Below, piece after piece: positions 50,511 through 61,700 of a stretch of 64,000 nt of DNA. The position numbers were made by a program, and so were the translations under genes. Numbering within the stretch: position 1 is the stretch's first letter; every line of letters begins with the position of its first letter. The notes under the pieces were generated by a model that saw only the letters and a list, made by a program, of their open reading frames with translations, was not told where the DNA came from and searched no databases. The DNA is from Takakia lepidozioides (Eukaryota > Plantae > Bryophyta). Where the stretch lies: positions 2,046,001 to 2,110,000 of the forward strand of contig CM060731.1 of assembly GCA_030704615.1 (NCBI GenBank), given 5' to 3'.

Positions 50511-51454
50511 GGGGGCTGGTCTCTGTCGGAGAGGTGCCGGCCTCTCCGCCGCTCTGTTGGATATTCGGTGCCGAATTTCCGTCCGGCGGTTGAAATATGA
50601 CGGCCAGGTGCCGACCTCTCCCCCCTCCCCAACCGCATTGGAATGGCCCCGGATTGAAATTCGGCGCCGTTTTCCCATCTGGGGAGGTTTTATGTCGGCC
50701 AGTTTTCAGTCTGACACCCGACAAGACTTCCTTGGGGGGGCCCGGATGGAAATTCGGCGCCGAATCTCCATCCAAGGGATGCTCTCTGTCGAACACGTGC
50801 CGACCTCTACGCCCGAGGCGACTTCATCCGGGCGTCCCCTGTTCGATATTCGGTGCCGAATTTCCGTCCGGGGGTTGAAATGTGACGGCCAAGTACCGGC
50901 CTCTCCCCCCTCCCCGACTGCATCCGAACCGCCCCGGATGGAAATTCGGCGCCGTTTTTCCATCTGGGGATGTTTTTATGCCGGCCAGTTTTCGGCCTGA
51001 CCCCCCGACACGACTTCCTTTACCTGCTGGATGGAAATTCGGCGCCGAATCTCCATCCAGGGGATGTTCTCTGTCGCACACGCGCCGGCCTCTGCGCCCG
51101 AGGCGACTTCATCCGGGCTTCCCCTGTTGGATATTGGGTGCCGAATTTCCATTCGGGGGTAGTAATGTGACGGCACGGTGCCGGCTTCTCTCCCTTCAGC
51201 CGTCATCATCCGGACGGCCCCACTTTCTGACTGCATACCGTTGGCAGTTATTGCGCAAAGACCAGGGCCGCATTCCGGAGACAAGGTTCATTAACACTCT
51301 GACTGTGGATTTTTGAGATAGTTGGCTCCCTGGATTTGGATCAGGCTTCGTCGCTCGGACAAATTGGCATCGCATTCATTCCCATCGCTGCATCCCCCTT
51401 CTACCAGGGAGCTTCCCCGCACTCCATCCTGGGAGTCTTGTGTGCACATCTCCC

Positions 51455-53543
51455 ATGGCGGAAAACCCGAGCGCTACAGTGTACTGCCCTCCTCACGAGC
51501 ATAGAGCTTCATTTCCGTGCAGAGGGGACACCTGCCGGGTGATGGAGAAATATCTGTGCGTTCGATACCACCTGAAACCGGGGTCGGTTTTTTTGGAGGA
51601 GGAAAGGAAGGACTCTAACGGCCTTATTGTCAACAGTATTGTTGTGCTCCACGATGATTTCGGCGATGGCAGGGAATGGCGAGTTCCACCATTGGACAGC
51701 GTCATATACAGGGCTGTTGGGGACTTCATTTGCCCGCCAAATGCACCTTCTATCCTGGCGCCTTCCACGAAACAATCCGCGAATCAGAGAGTGGCTACCT
51801 CAAAGAGAGAAGTCCGCAACGAAGTAAATCCAGAGCCGAACCCATCCATGAAGACGAGCCAGAACCGGGTTGTTCACAACCTGTCCGACTCAGACGAGGT
51901 CATGGAAGTTCCGAGGTCGTCCTGGAGATCAGGCAAGTCCTCAATGGACGTCAGTGGAGGAGGGAGTCATATTCCCAGCACGAGCACTGCAGTTCGATCT
52001 ATTCTTGAAATTCTGCGAGGGCTTCACCTGGAGGGACACCGGTCGGAGCCTGGCCGGGCTGGACTACAGCAAGTTCGCAATTAAATCGGTTACATGCCTT
52101 CCCGCCGACGTCGATGGTAATATCTTCTTTGAGTTCCCTCCTCGGGCGGACTACTCGAGGGCGTCCGGAATGTTGACAGATATGGATAGAAAACATGACG
52201 GTCATCCTTGGTGCGTTACCAAAACCACCAGCATGAAGATGCTCGATGGTGTGCGGGTGCGCTACGTTGTTTGTGCGGGCGCGTTGCGGTGTTTCTCCCC
52301 AACTTGCTTCCACTTTAAATCCAGAGGTCACAGGAACGAGACCGATTGGACAGGCACAGCTCATCAACCATTTCGAGCTCAGGAGAAGGTTCCGAACTCC
52401 ACATTTAAGTGTGCGCATTGCAAAGAACCACCACACTGCATGTCTGTTTGTAATGCCAAGCAATTCTATGTGTTGCATCGTTTCCCTGACCTCACCCGAG
52501 CTTGCATACACGTTGGTTCCCATTGTCACAAATTGGCGAGGGGGAACTCGCGGGAGGCTGCCCACGAAGCAGAGCAGCTCGTTCAGGAGGAGGTTAAGTT
52601 GAGATCGGGTGCCAAACCCAAACAGATACAGCTCCAAGCCGCCCATAAGATGGCATTGGCCAGAATTATGTCGGAAGACGGCTCCGATAGAGTTCCTCTC
52701 GACGAGAAGGAAATGGAGGCATTGCTGGAGTCGGTGTCCCACGTATGTTCACTGAATGTCCGAAACCACATTGTCTCATGCAACAGAAAATTGGGCGCGG
52801 CTCGGATATGCACTCCATTCTGGAGGTGAAGCGACGATGTGGATATGACTACATTCATGGAAGTAGGTTTCCAGGACAATGGACTGAGGCAGATCGTTGT
52901 TTCGTATTCAAAATGTCCACGTGTGGACCTGGCAGCGGCGTCGAACTGGTTGACAGGATGACGAGTAGGAACTTGTCAAACAGTTTGGTCATGTTCGACC
53001 ATATCAAGTGAATTACAAATCACCAGTGGGTGACAATGGGTGCACATGTCTACGACACCCACTGCAGGATGCTAATGACAATTGCTATTTGTGAGATGAA
53101 AGGAGAGGACACACAATCGGAGATGCTTCTTTGGCAGGGAATAAACGAACAGATGGCAAGGCGGGATTGCCCCCTCCGAATTTCCGTGGTTTCATGGCAG
53201 ACAACGCACAAGCAAATTGGGCTGCCATTCGAAGGGTGTACGGGCAAGACCCCAATGTTCCCATGGAAGGCAAGGAGAGATCTTGTGGGTTCCATTTTCT
53301 GCAAAGCCTTTCGCAGTACACAACCAGGCTCGTGGCGCCAGATTTCAGAGAGGAGCACCCCGTTCCATGTGCCTTGCGTGGAAGCGCGCTCCTACCTTGG
53401 ATGATGCAGAGACACAGTTTGCATGCATACGGGCTTGGTGGACATCGTCAGGTGTTGTAAGGAAATCAGACGAGGGAGCAATGGTCAGTTGGCTAGCATG
53501 GTGGCATTATCGTTTCCTCCAGTTCGGCGACTATATGCGGGAG
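51455..53543 (+). pseudogene. D3 MULE-like transposase, frameshifted and lacking the exon with the catalytic Glu and SWIM finger
   Basis: MAENPSATVYCPP…; DRKHDGHPWCVTKT; CAHCKEPPHC…HVGSHCH; VMFDHIK; FMADNAQANWAAI; SCGFHFLQSL (CxxH). Ends at the conserved intron donor. Confidence 0.9.
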
Positions 53544-53998
53544 GTGAGTTGCACGTCTGAACATGCTAAGTCCGAACTGGCTAAGTCCGAACATGCACTG
53601 GAAAAATGGCGCCGAATTACCTGTCATGAGGGGACCTATAGCCGCGGAATTCGTTCCCATTTTTCGCCAGAGAGACCTATTACCGCGAAATACGTCGCCG
53701 TTTTTCAGGTTACGGACCCTATTACCGCGAAATTCGGCGCCATATTTGCACATGTCGCTGGGAATTGGCATGAGCGGAAGACGAAATATCATGAGCACAA
53801 CTGTCAAAAGTGCAATTTTCCCTTCAAGGGGCCGATTAATATATTTGTTTTTCCTGACACATTGCATTAAATTATTGTTTTTTATTGTTTTTTATTTTCG
53901 AAATTTGTACTTCTGCTCATGAAAACCGATTGTGTTACTACTCTGCTCATGCCGCTCATGCCGCTCATGCTGCTCATGCTCATGAAATAGCAAACCTC

Positions 53999-56900
53999 CT
54001 CACAGTGGCTGGTTCTTCTAGGATTTCTATTTCTCCTTCTCTTTCTTCATAGAAATGTGATGGGTAAATGCTGGTTTCTTCTTCAGTTGGTGTTGCTGTC
54101 ACTACACCACAGCAGATACCTCTCAAACAATTTAGGCTTGCATCTCTGCAACCTGCTCCCACTCTGGGTGTGCAGCAAATAGGGTAGCTTCCTGCTCCTC
54201 ATCCAGTCCTCCTCTCCAGTCATACTCTCTGACTCCTCGAGGTCTTCTTGTAGCAGGTAATCTACTAGATTTCTTTGTGGTAATTTGTATCTCGTGTATC
54301 CCATTATGCACGGTTAGTAACTGAGAATTCCAGTCATGGAATACTCTGGCCTGTTTCAGCCACGGACGTCCCAATAATAAGGAGTAAGCCTCCATGACTT
54401 CATCCATTTTTAATACAGTTACTGTGATCATAAAGATCATTTTCTGTATCTGTATCTTAACTCCTCTTATTAATCCCAATGGCTGTACATTTCTTTGATC
54501 TGCCATTGTTACTGTAAATGGGGCTGGTTTCATGTTACTTAGACCAAGCTTCTTCCTTAATTGGTCTGTCATGATATTTACTCCAGAACCACCATCTATC
54601 AGTACATCAGTTAGTTATGTGCTTCCAATTCTCAATTGGATTACTGGCATAGAATCATCAAAGTCCATGACTGGTTCTCGCCCTTCCGGCTTCACATTAT
54701 AACTGGTCACCTTGCTGTTCAGGTCTGTGTTTCCTGTCTCTTGGGCAATCCGATTGATTGTTTGATACAGCCTGTGCCTACAATAAGGTGCCACAGCTAA
54801 TAGCTGTCCAATGGTAATTTCTGCTTTGGTCTGACATATTACTTTAGCCAAAGTCTCTTCATTACTTTGCATGTCTGCATCTTCTTTTTTCCTTTCTTCC
54901 TCACTCCCTTCTTTTTCTCCATCCGAATCAGAGGAATCTGCCACAGGAATATCAGTACTCTTTTGCATTTCCCTTATAGTATCTGCCACTTCCTTGTGCA
55001 GTTCCTTCTCATCTTTCCAAGTCTCTTCATCTTCAGGCATATCATTGCCACTTCCAGTCTCATCTTCTTCCTCTTCTACTGGAGGTATTAGTTTGGCTTT
55101 ACTTCTTGTTACTATCATTGTACTTACTTCTGGTACAACACATGGCCTAACCATGTGAGCTGCCACCACTGGGTCCTCATTCACAGGAGCTCTCATCTCA
55201 TTCTGGTGTCTTATCCAGAATGAATAGGCTGCCTTGCGATGTCCTGGCTGATTACAATAGTAACATAGCTCCTCACCATTGGGTCCTCGCCCTTGGTCTG
55301 TTCTTGGATTATTTCTATAATCCTGATTCCCGGGCTGGTAATTCCCCTTGGATTACCCTGATAGTTGCCTCTGGAATTTCCTTGGTAATTCCCTCTTGAA
55401 TTACCTCTCCCTTCCATGCCATTGTTATAACCACCAGACCTACCATAGTGGTCCTGATCATTGTTTCTTCTTGGCTGAGGCTGCACCTGATGCACCCTTA
55501 CTTGCCTAGGTTCTCTTGCAGCTGTCCTTCTGTTGTAGTAACAATTCTCAGTAGAATGGTTATCCATTTTACAGATAGTATAGTGTTTCTCCTTCATGTG
55601 GCATTCTGTGGTGGTATGGCCTTCATTCTGGCACTTTGCACACCATACACCCTTCCTCCAATGTGTTGCAGCCTCTGTGGCATACTTCTTCAAGATTTCT
55701 TCCAATCTTTTTTCATAGTTATCCCTCTTCAACTTCTCCTTTCTCTTACTCTTTCTTTTTAGTTCTTGCTCTTCTTCTTCATCTGACTCATCCTTAGAGT
55801 CCTCATCTTCTTTTTTCTCTCTCCTGAGCATTCCCAATTGCTCAATTCTGTTCGCAGTTTCAAATGCCTCCTCCACTGTGTTATGGGGTAACATATCCAC
55901 TTTCTTTTGCAACTCTGGTCTTAGTCCACTCACAACCAAGTCTTCTGTAACCCGGGTGCTGGTACTGCAGCCAGCTTTTTCATCATCAATTCCATCTTCT
56001 CCATATACTCTTCAACAGTTTCATGCTTCTTCTGCTTCAGCTGTTGTAAACTTCCATACACTTCATCCTCAGTTTTACTTGTCCTGAACCTATTTCGAAA
56101 TGTTGTATTCAAGCCATTCCAGGTTACGAAATGATTATCAGGGAATCTTGCATACCATTCACTTGCTTTCTTGATAAGTGAACAAGGAAACAGTCTCATC
56201 TTGGCATCATCGCCATTCTCATTGTTCACTATACACATGTGCTCAAATTGGCTAATGCGTACATCGGGATCCCCTTTTCCTGAATATATTGGAAAGGGTG
56301 GTTTTGCCCGTGTTGGTTGTAACGCCATCTGTGGCCCTACCTTCTGCCCACTGACAGGTGCTGGCACCCTTGCTGGTGCTGGTCCTTCTGGACCTGTTGT
56401 TTTTGTGGTGGATCTTCCACCAAGTGGTGGCCCTTGAGCACTCCTTGCTTCTGGCCCCACGATATTCACAGTATTCCCAGCTTCAGTTGCACTACTTCCC
56501 ACACTCCCTGTCCCCCCAGAGCCAGATCCAGGCAGCCCGCCTGATCCCCCTGAGCCGACACCTTCGTTGGCCTGTGATCCAAGTGCTCCACTTGATCCAG
56601 GTCCAACGGGTTGGGATGTCCTGGTTGTAGTCTCAACCTCAGCTGTTGGGTCTACTTCTTCATATTCTTCCTCTTCTAATTTCTTCTCTCTGTTTTCATC
56701 CTCCAAGTTCTGCCCTTGGGTTTCTTCTTCACTCATGTAACTCAACTGTAATGGTGTTGGAGAGTCTGAACTCTCCGTTGGCTCTGCCACATCCTCTTCT
56801 CCTTCTTCATCTTCTGCTTCAGAAACTGGAGTTCCTGCTTTTGGTGTTCCATGCCAACTCTTATCAAAGATTTCTGTCAAGTCTTTTATCCAAGGATGTA

Positions 56901-57159
56901 CCTCAGATCTTTCACCTCGTGATTGATCTTCTTCCTATACCAATTCCCTTAATCTTTCTTGCAAAGAAACAGAAGGAGTGGCATCCAACTCTAGTTCTTC
57001 CGGTATAGGTGATGCACTCTTTGATCTTGATGGTGTGAGAGGTCCAGATGATTCGCCTATGTCTATTCCTCTCTCCCAAAGATATGGATAATTAGCTTTC
57101 AGATAGCTTTCTCTTTTTGCTGAATATCTCTGTCGTCTAGCTTCTCTTTCATCACTCAT
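53999..57159 (-). pseudogene. B2 gag and protease (several frameshifts/stops)
   Basis: ORFs 56935-57159, 55930-56880, 55211-55939, 54615-55196 and 54132-54572 match B1 5317-8480. Confidence 0.93.
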
Positions 57160-57180
57160 GTCCCATGTCTTTCATTTCTT

Positions 57181-57876
57181 TTAATGTGGCAATAACCAAA
57201 ACTCTCTTCTGTAATATCTCTCGTATATGCCTGGGTTTCTTTCAAGCTTCAATGCACCCTTGGCTATACTTGAAGTCTCCGTTACCATATAACCATATGG
57301 CAAACAAGTCTGAAAAGCTGTTCTTGGTGTGAGTTTGATCCACAAAATATCCTTTGGAATCCAATTCTTTACCAGTACCAGCTCTTCATGCATATGAGTA
57401 TAAACATTCACCTTTCTTTCTTCCCAGCCTTCAAACTCTACTCGTTTAATGGATAGCAATGCTATCACATAAACCAATGTTGGTAACCAACGTGCTCTTC
57501 CTCTACAGGCTACCTGATAAATCTTTATCACTCCTTTCTCCAGACCCCATTCTGGATCAGCATCATGCACTCGTTTAAGAATATTTTCTTTACAACCGTC
57601 TGGCAATTCCAAGAACCTTTGAAAGAATTGTTTGGACAATCTTTCTTCCTTCGTTCCACAGGGAATTTGATTCACTTCAAATTCTTTAATGGTCCATCCA
57701 CCATGATCCCACCAGATGCCTGTCACATCTGGTTGTTCATGTCCCAGGTCCCCAGTATGGTCGCCAAATGTCGCGCGGCTTTTACTCACCCATCCCTTCG
57801 CTATTCGAGGCGGAAACTCCAAGATAGAAGAGTTGGAAATCTCTAAGTACTCAGCCCGCGCAGAACAATCAGTCAT
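57181..57876 (-). CDS. B2 extra 5' ORF (231 aa)
   Basis: One amino-acid difference (R/Q) from B1 4600-5295. Confidence 0.6.
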   Translation of the reverse strand: MTDCSARAEYLEISNSSILEFPPRIAKGWVSKSRATFGDHTGDLGHEQPDVTGIWWDHGGWTIKEFEVNQIPCGTKEERLSKQFFQRFLELPDGCKENILKRVHDADPEWGLEKGVIKIYQVACRGRARWLPTLVYVIALLSIKRVEFEGWEERKVNVYTHMHEELVLVKNWIPKDILWIKLTPRTAFQTCLPYGYMVTETSSIAKGALKLERNPGIYERYYRREFWLLPH

Positions 57877-58742
57877 GACCTACAGCTAGTGTATCATGGG
57901 GGTGTTTCCTATTTGTTTTCCTTTTGGTATTCATGTTAGCTATCTTACCCTTGATAATTAAGTATCAGTTTGCTTTATCAATCTATTGGATTCCATCAGC
58001 TCATCCATTCATTTCACAGCTTCATTCAGATCTCTCTACACAGTGTGATTGTATCGTAAAAGTATCCGATTATGATTTATCAGGTATCAGGCCGAAGCCA
58101 TTGTGTCTCTAATCTGCTCTACAATATCATTACAGCCTTGCCTATATCAAGCATCTACTCATCATCTCTTTATCTTCACTTCCGTTCTCATCTCTACCCG
58201 ATCCCCTCTCCTCTATCACCAAGAAGTCCTCATCCGAATGATGTCCCTCAATTCCCCGTTTCTCCCTTTATCTTCCTACCGCGGTTCTAACCGTTTCCCT
58301 CACTAACCGTCGTCTGTGAACTAACATGTTCCCTTCGCAGGTGTTGTTCCCCACAGTCGTTCCCTGTCCTACTCTTCGTTCCCTGTCCTACTCTTCGTTC
58401 CCTATGATCGTGACAGCTGTGTCAAGCTGTGACTGGCTGTGTGAAACTGTGACGGGCTGTGACTGGCTGTGCGACTGTGTTTGGCTGTGTCGGCTGTGTC
58501 GGCTGTGACGACTGTGACGGGCTGTGTTGGCTGTGTTGGCTGTGACGACTGTGACGGGCTGTGTCGGCTGTGATGACTGTGACGGGCTGTGTTGGCTGTG
58601 ACGACTGTGTTGGGCTGTGTAACCCCCCTCTACAGTGCGCTGCTGTCACCCCTAAGGTTCCTCTTGGTCTCAGTCTGTGCAAAAATTAAGGGTACCCTAC
58701 AGATCCCGTATAAGTGTCTAAGTCCCCGACAGTCCTCTAACA
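57769..58742 (-). repeat. B2 5' LTR (974 bp; shorter minisatellite, diverged middle)
   Basis: On minus TGTTAGAGGACTG…CGCGACA followed by the PBS. Confidence 0.94.
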
Positions 58743-61700
58743 ATTCCCTGATAATCATTTCCTAACCTGGAATGGCTTGAATACAGCATTTCGAAATAGG
58801 TTCAGGACAAGTAAAACTGAGGATGAAGTGCATGGAAGTTTACAATAGTTAAAGCAAAAGAAGCATGAAACTGTTGAGGAGTATATGGAAAAGATGGAAT
58901 TGATGATGAAAAAGTTGGCTGCAGTACCAGCACCCGGTTTAAGGAAGACTTGGTTTGTGAGTGGACTAAGGCCAGAGTTGCAAAAGAAAGTGGATATGTT
59001 ACCCCATAATACAGTGGAGGAGGCATTTGAAAGTGCAAACAGAATTGAGCAATTGGGAATGCTCAGGAGAGAGAAAAAGGATGATGAAGACTCTGAGGAG
59101 GAGTCAGATGAAGAAGAAGAGCAAGAACTAAAAAGGAAGAGTAAGAGAAAGGAGAAGTTGAAGAGGGATAACTATGAAAAAAGATTGGAAGAAATCTTGA
59201 AGAAATATGCCACAGAGGCTGCAACACATTGGAGGAAGGGTGTATGGTGTGCAAAGTGCCAAAATGAAGGCCATACCACCACAGAATGCCACATGAAGGA
59301 GAAACACTGTACTATCTGTAAAATGGATAACCATTCTACTGAGAATTGTTACTACAACAGAAGGACAGCTGGAAGAGAACCTAGGCAAGTAAGGGTGCAT
59401 CAGGTGCAGCCCCAGCCAAGAAGAAACAATGATCAAGACCACTATGGTAGGTCTAGTGGTTATAACAATGGCATGGAAGGGAGAGGTAATTCAAGAGGGA
59501 ATTACCAAGGAAATTCCAGAGGCAACTATCAGGGTAATCCAAGGGGGAATTACTAGCCCGGGAATCAGGATTACAGAAATAATCCAAGAGCAGACCAAGG
59601 GCGAGGACCCAATGGTGAAGAACTATGTTACTATTGTAATCAGTCAGGACATCGCAAGGCAGCCTGTTCATTCTGGATAAGACACCAGAATGAGATGAGA
59701 GCTCATGTGAATGAGGGCCCAGTGGTGGCAGCTCACATGGTTAGGCCATGTGTTGTACCAGAAGTAAGTACAATGATAGTAACCAGAAGCAAAGCCAAAT
59801 TAATACCTCCGTAGTTGAGGAAGATGATGATAATGAAGGTGGCAGTGATATACCTGAAGATGATGGGGCTTGGAGAGAGGAGAAGGAACTGCACAAGGAA
59901 GTTGCAGATACCATAAGGGAAATGCAGAAGAGTACTGATATTCCTGTGGCAGATTCCTCTGATTCTGATGGAGAAGAAGAAGGGAGTGAAGATGAAAGGA
60001 AGAAAGAAGATGCAGACATGCAAAGTAATGAAGAAACTTTGGCTGAAGTAATATGCCAGACCAAAGCAGAAATTACCATTGGACAGCTATTGGCTGTGGC
60101 ACCTTATTGTAGGCACAGGCTGTATCAAGCAATCAATCGAATTGCCCAGGAGACCGGAAACACAGACCTGAACAGCAAGGTGACCAGTTATACTGTGAAG
60201 CCGGAAGGGCAAGAAACAGTCATGGACTTTGATGATTCTCTGCCAGTAATCCAATTGAGAATTGGAAGCACAGAACTAACTGATGTACTGATAGATGGAG
60301 GTTCTGGAGTAAATATCATGACAGACCAATTGAGAAAGAAGTTTGGTCTAAGTAACATGAAACCAGCCTCATTTACAGTTACAATGGCAGATCAAAGAAG
60401 TGTACAACCATTGGGATTAATAAGAGGAGTTAAGATACAGATACAGAAGACGATCTTTATTATCACAGTAACTGTGTTGAAGATGGATGAAGTCATGGAG
60501 GCTTACTCCTTATTATTGGGACGTCCGTGGCTGAAGCAGGCCAGGGTATTCCATGACTGGAATTCTCAGTTATTAACCGTGCATAATGGGATACACGAGA
60601 TACAAATTACCACAAAGAAATCTAGTAGATTACCTGCTACGAGAAGACCTCGAGGAGTCAGAGAGTATGACTGGAGAGAAGGACTGGATGAGGAGCAGGA
60701 AGCTACCATGTTTGCTGCACACCCAGAGTGGGAGCAAGTTGCAGAGATGCGGCTGGAAAGCCTAAGTTGTTTAAGAAGTATCTGCTGTGGTGTAGTGACA
60801 GCAACACCAACTGAAGAGGAAACCAGCAGTTACCCATCACATTTCTATGAAGAAAGAGAAGGAGAAATGGAAATCCTAGAGGAACCAGCCACTGTGAGCT
60901 TACAGGATGAAGTGGTGACTGGTTGGACAATCACAGCTGATGAGCAGGTGAGGGAAGTGAATGTGGGAACTAAAGAGGAACCGAGGATGGTGAAAGTAGG
61001 AGCTGATTTGGAGCCAGAATTCTTTGAAGAAGCTAAAAGCTTGTTCATCAAATACAAAGATGTATTTGCTTGGAGCTATGAGGATCTAAAAGGAATACCA
61101 CCTGAAGTCTGTCAGCATAAGATTGAACTGGAACCAGGGTCAGTACCAATCAAGCAGGCGAGGTACAGAATGAATCCCAACTACGCACAGAAGGTTGGAG
61201 AAGAGATCAAGAAGTTGGCTGAGGCTAAGTTTATATACCCAATAGAGTATACAACTTGGTTGTCACCCATTGTCATAGTTCCTAAGAAGAATGGTAAACT
61301 AAGAGTATGTGTGAACTACAAGAAGCTAAATGCTTGTACGAAGAAAGATCCTTTTCCTTTGCCATTCACAGAAGCAGTATTGGACACTGTAGCAGGCCAT
61401 GAGATGTACTCATTCATGGATGGGTTCAGTGGTTATAATCAAGTACAAGTGGCAGAAGGAGACCAAGGAAAAACAGCTTTCATCACAGACTGGGGTGCTT
61501 ATGCATACAAAGTCATGCCCTTTGGACTTTGTAATGCACCAGCGACCTTTCAGAAAGTGATAAGTGAATCTTTTCATGAGTATCTAGATGATTTCATGCA
61601 GGTGTTCTTGGATGATTTCAGTGTGTACAGCTCTAAGAATGAACACCTGCATAAATTGGAGTTATGCTTGGCCAGATGCAGGATGAGAGCTCTGGGCCGG

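Larger units (their letters stand above)
46353..53998 (+). mobile_element. D3: Mutator-like DNA transposon with both ends (7.65 kb), internally deleted, diverged subfamily
   Basis: Left end GGGGGCTGCTATTTCATGAGC; right end (reverse complement) GAGGTTTGCTATTTCATGAGC. TSD CTCACAGT at 46345-46352 and 53999-54006 (9 bp if the next G is counted). The empty site is visible in B1 at ~8475-8490. Confidence 0.95.
41786..58742 (-). mobile_element. Element B2: second family-B copy, 3'-truncated, interrupted by D3 (46353-53998), inserted in the gag of B3
   Basis: 5' LTR 57769-58742, PBS 57749-57766, 5' ORF, gag-pol and the start of the 3' ORF; coding sequence near-identical to B1. Confidence 0.95.

Noticed and set aside
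46532-51316. ORFs with poly-K/poly-F and MEIRRRISIHPGF repeats
   Set aside because: They are open in several frames on both strands and are translations of poly-T tracts and palindromic repeats.
51999-52742. Long antisense ORFs over transposase and pol regions (e.g. 247 aa here)
   Set aside because: They are shadow frames of real coding sequence with no motifs and no conservation between copies.
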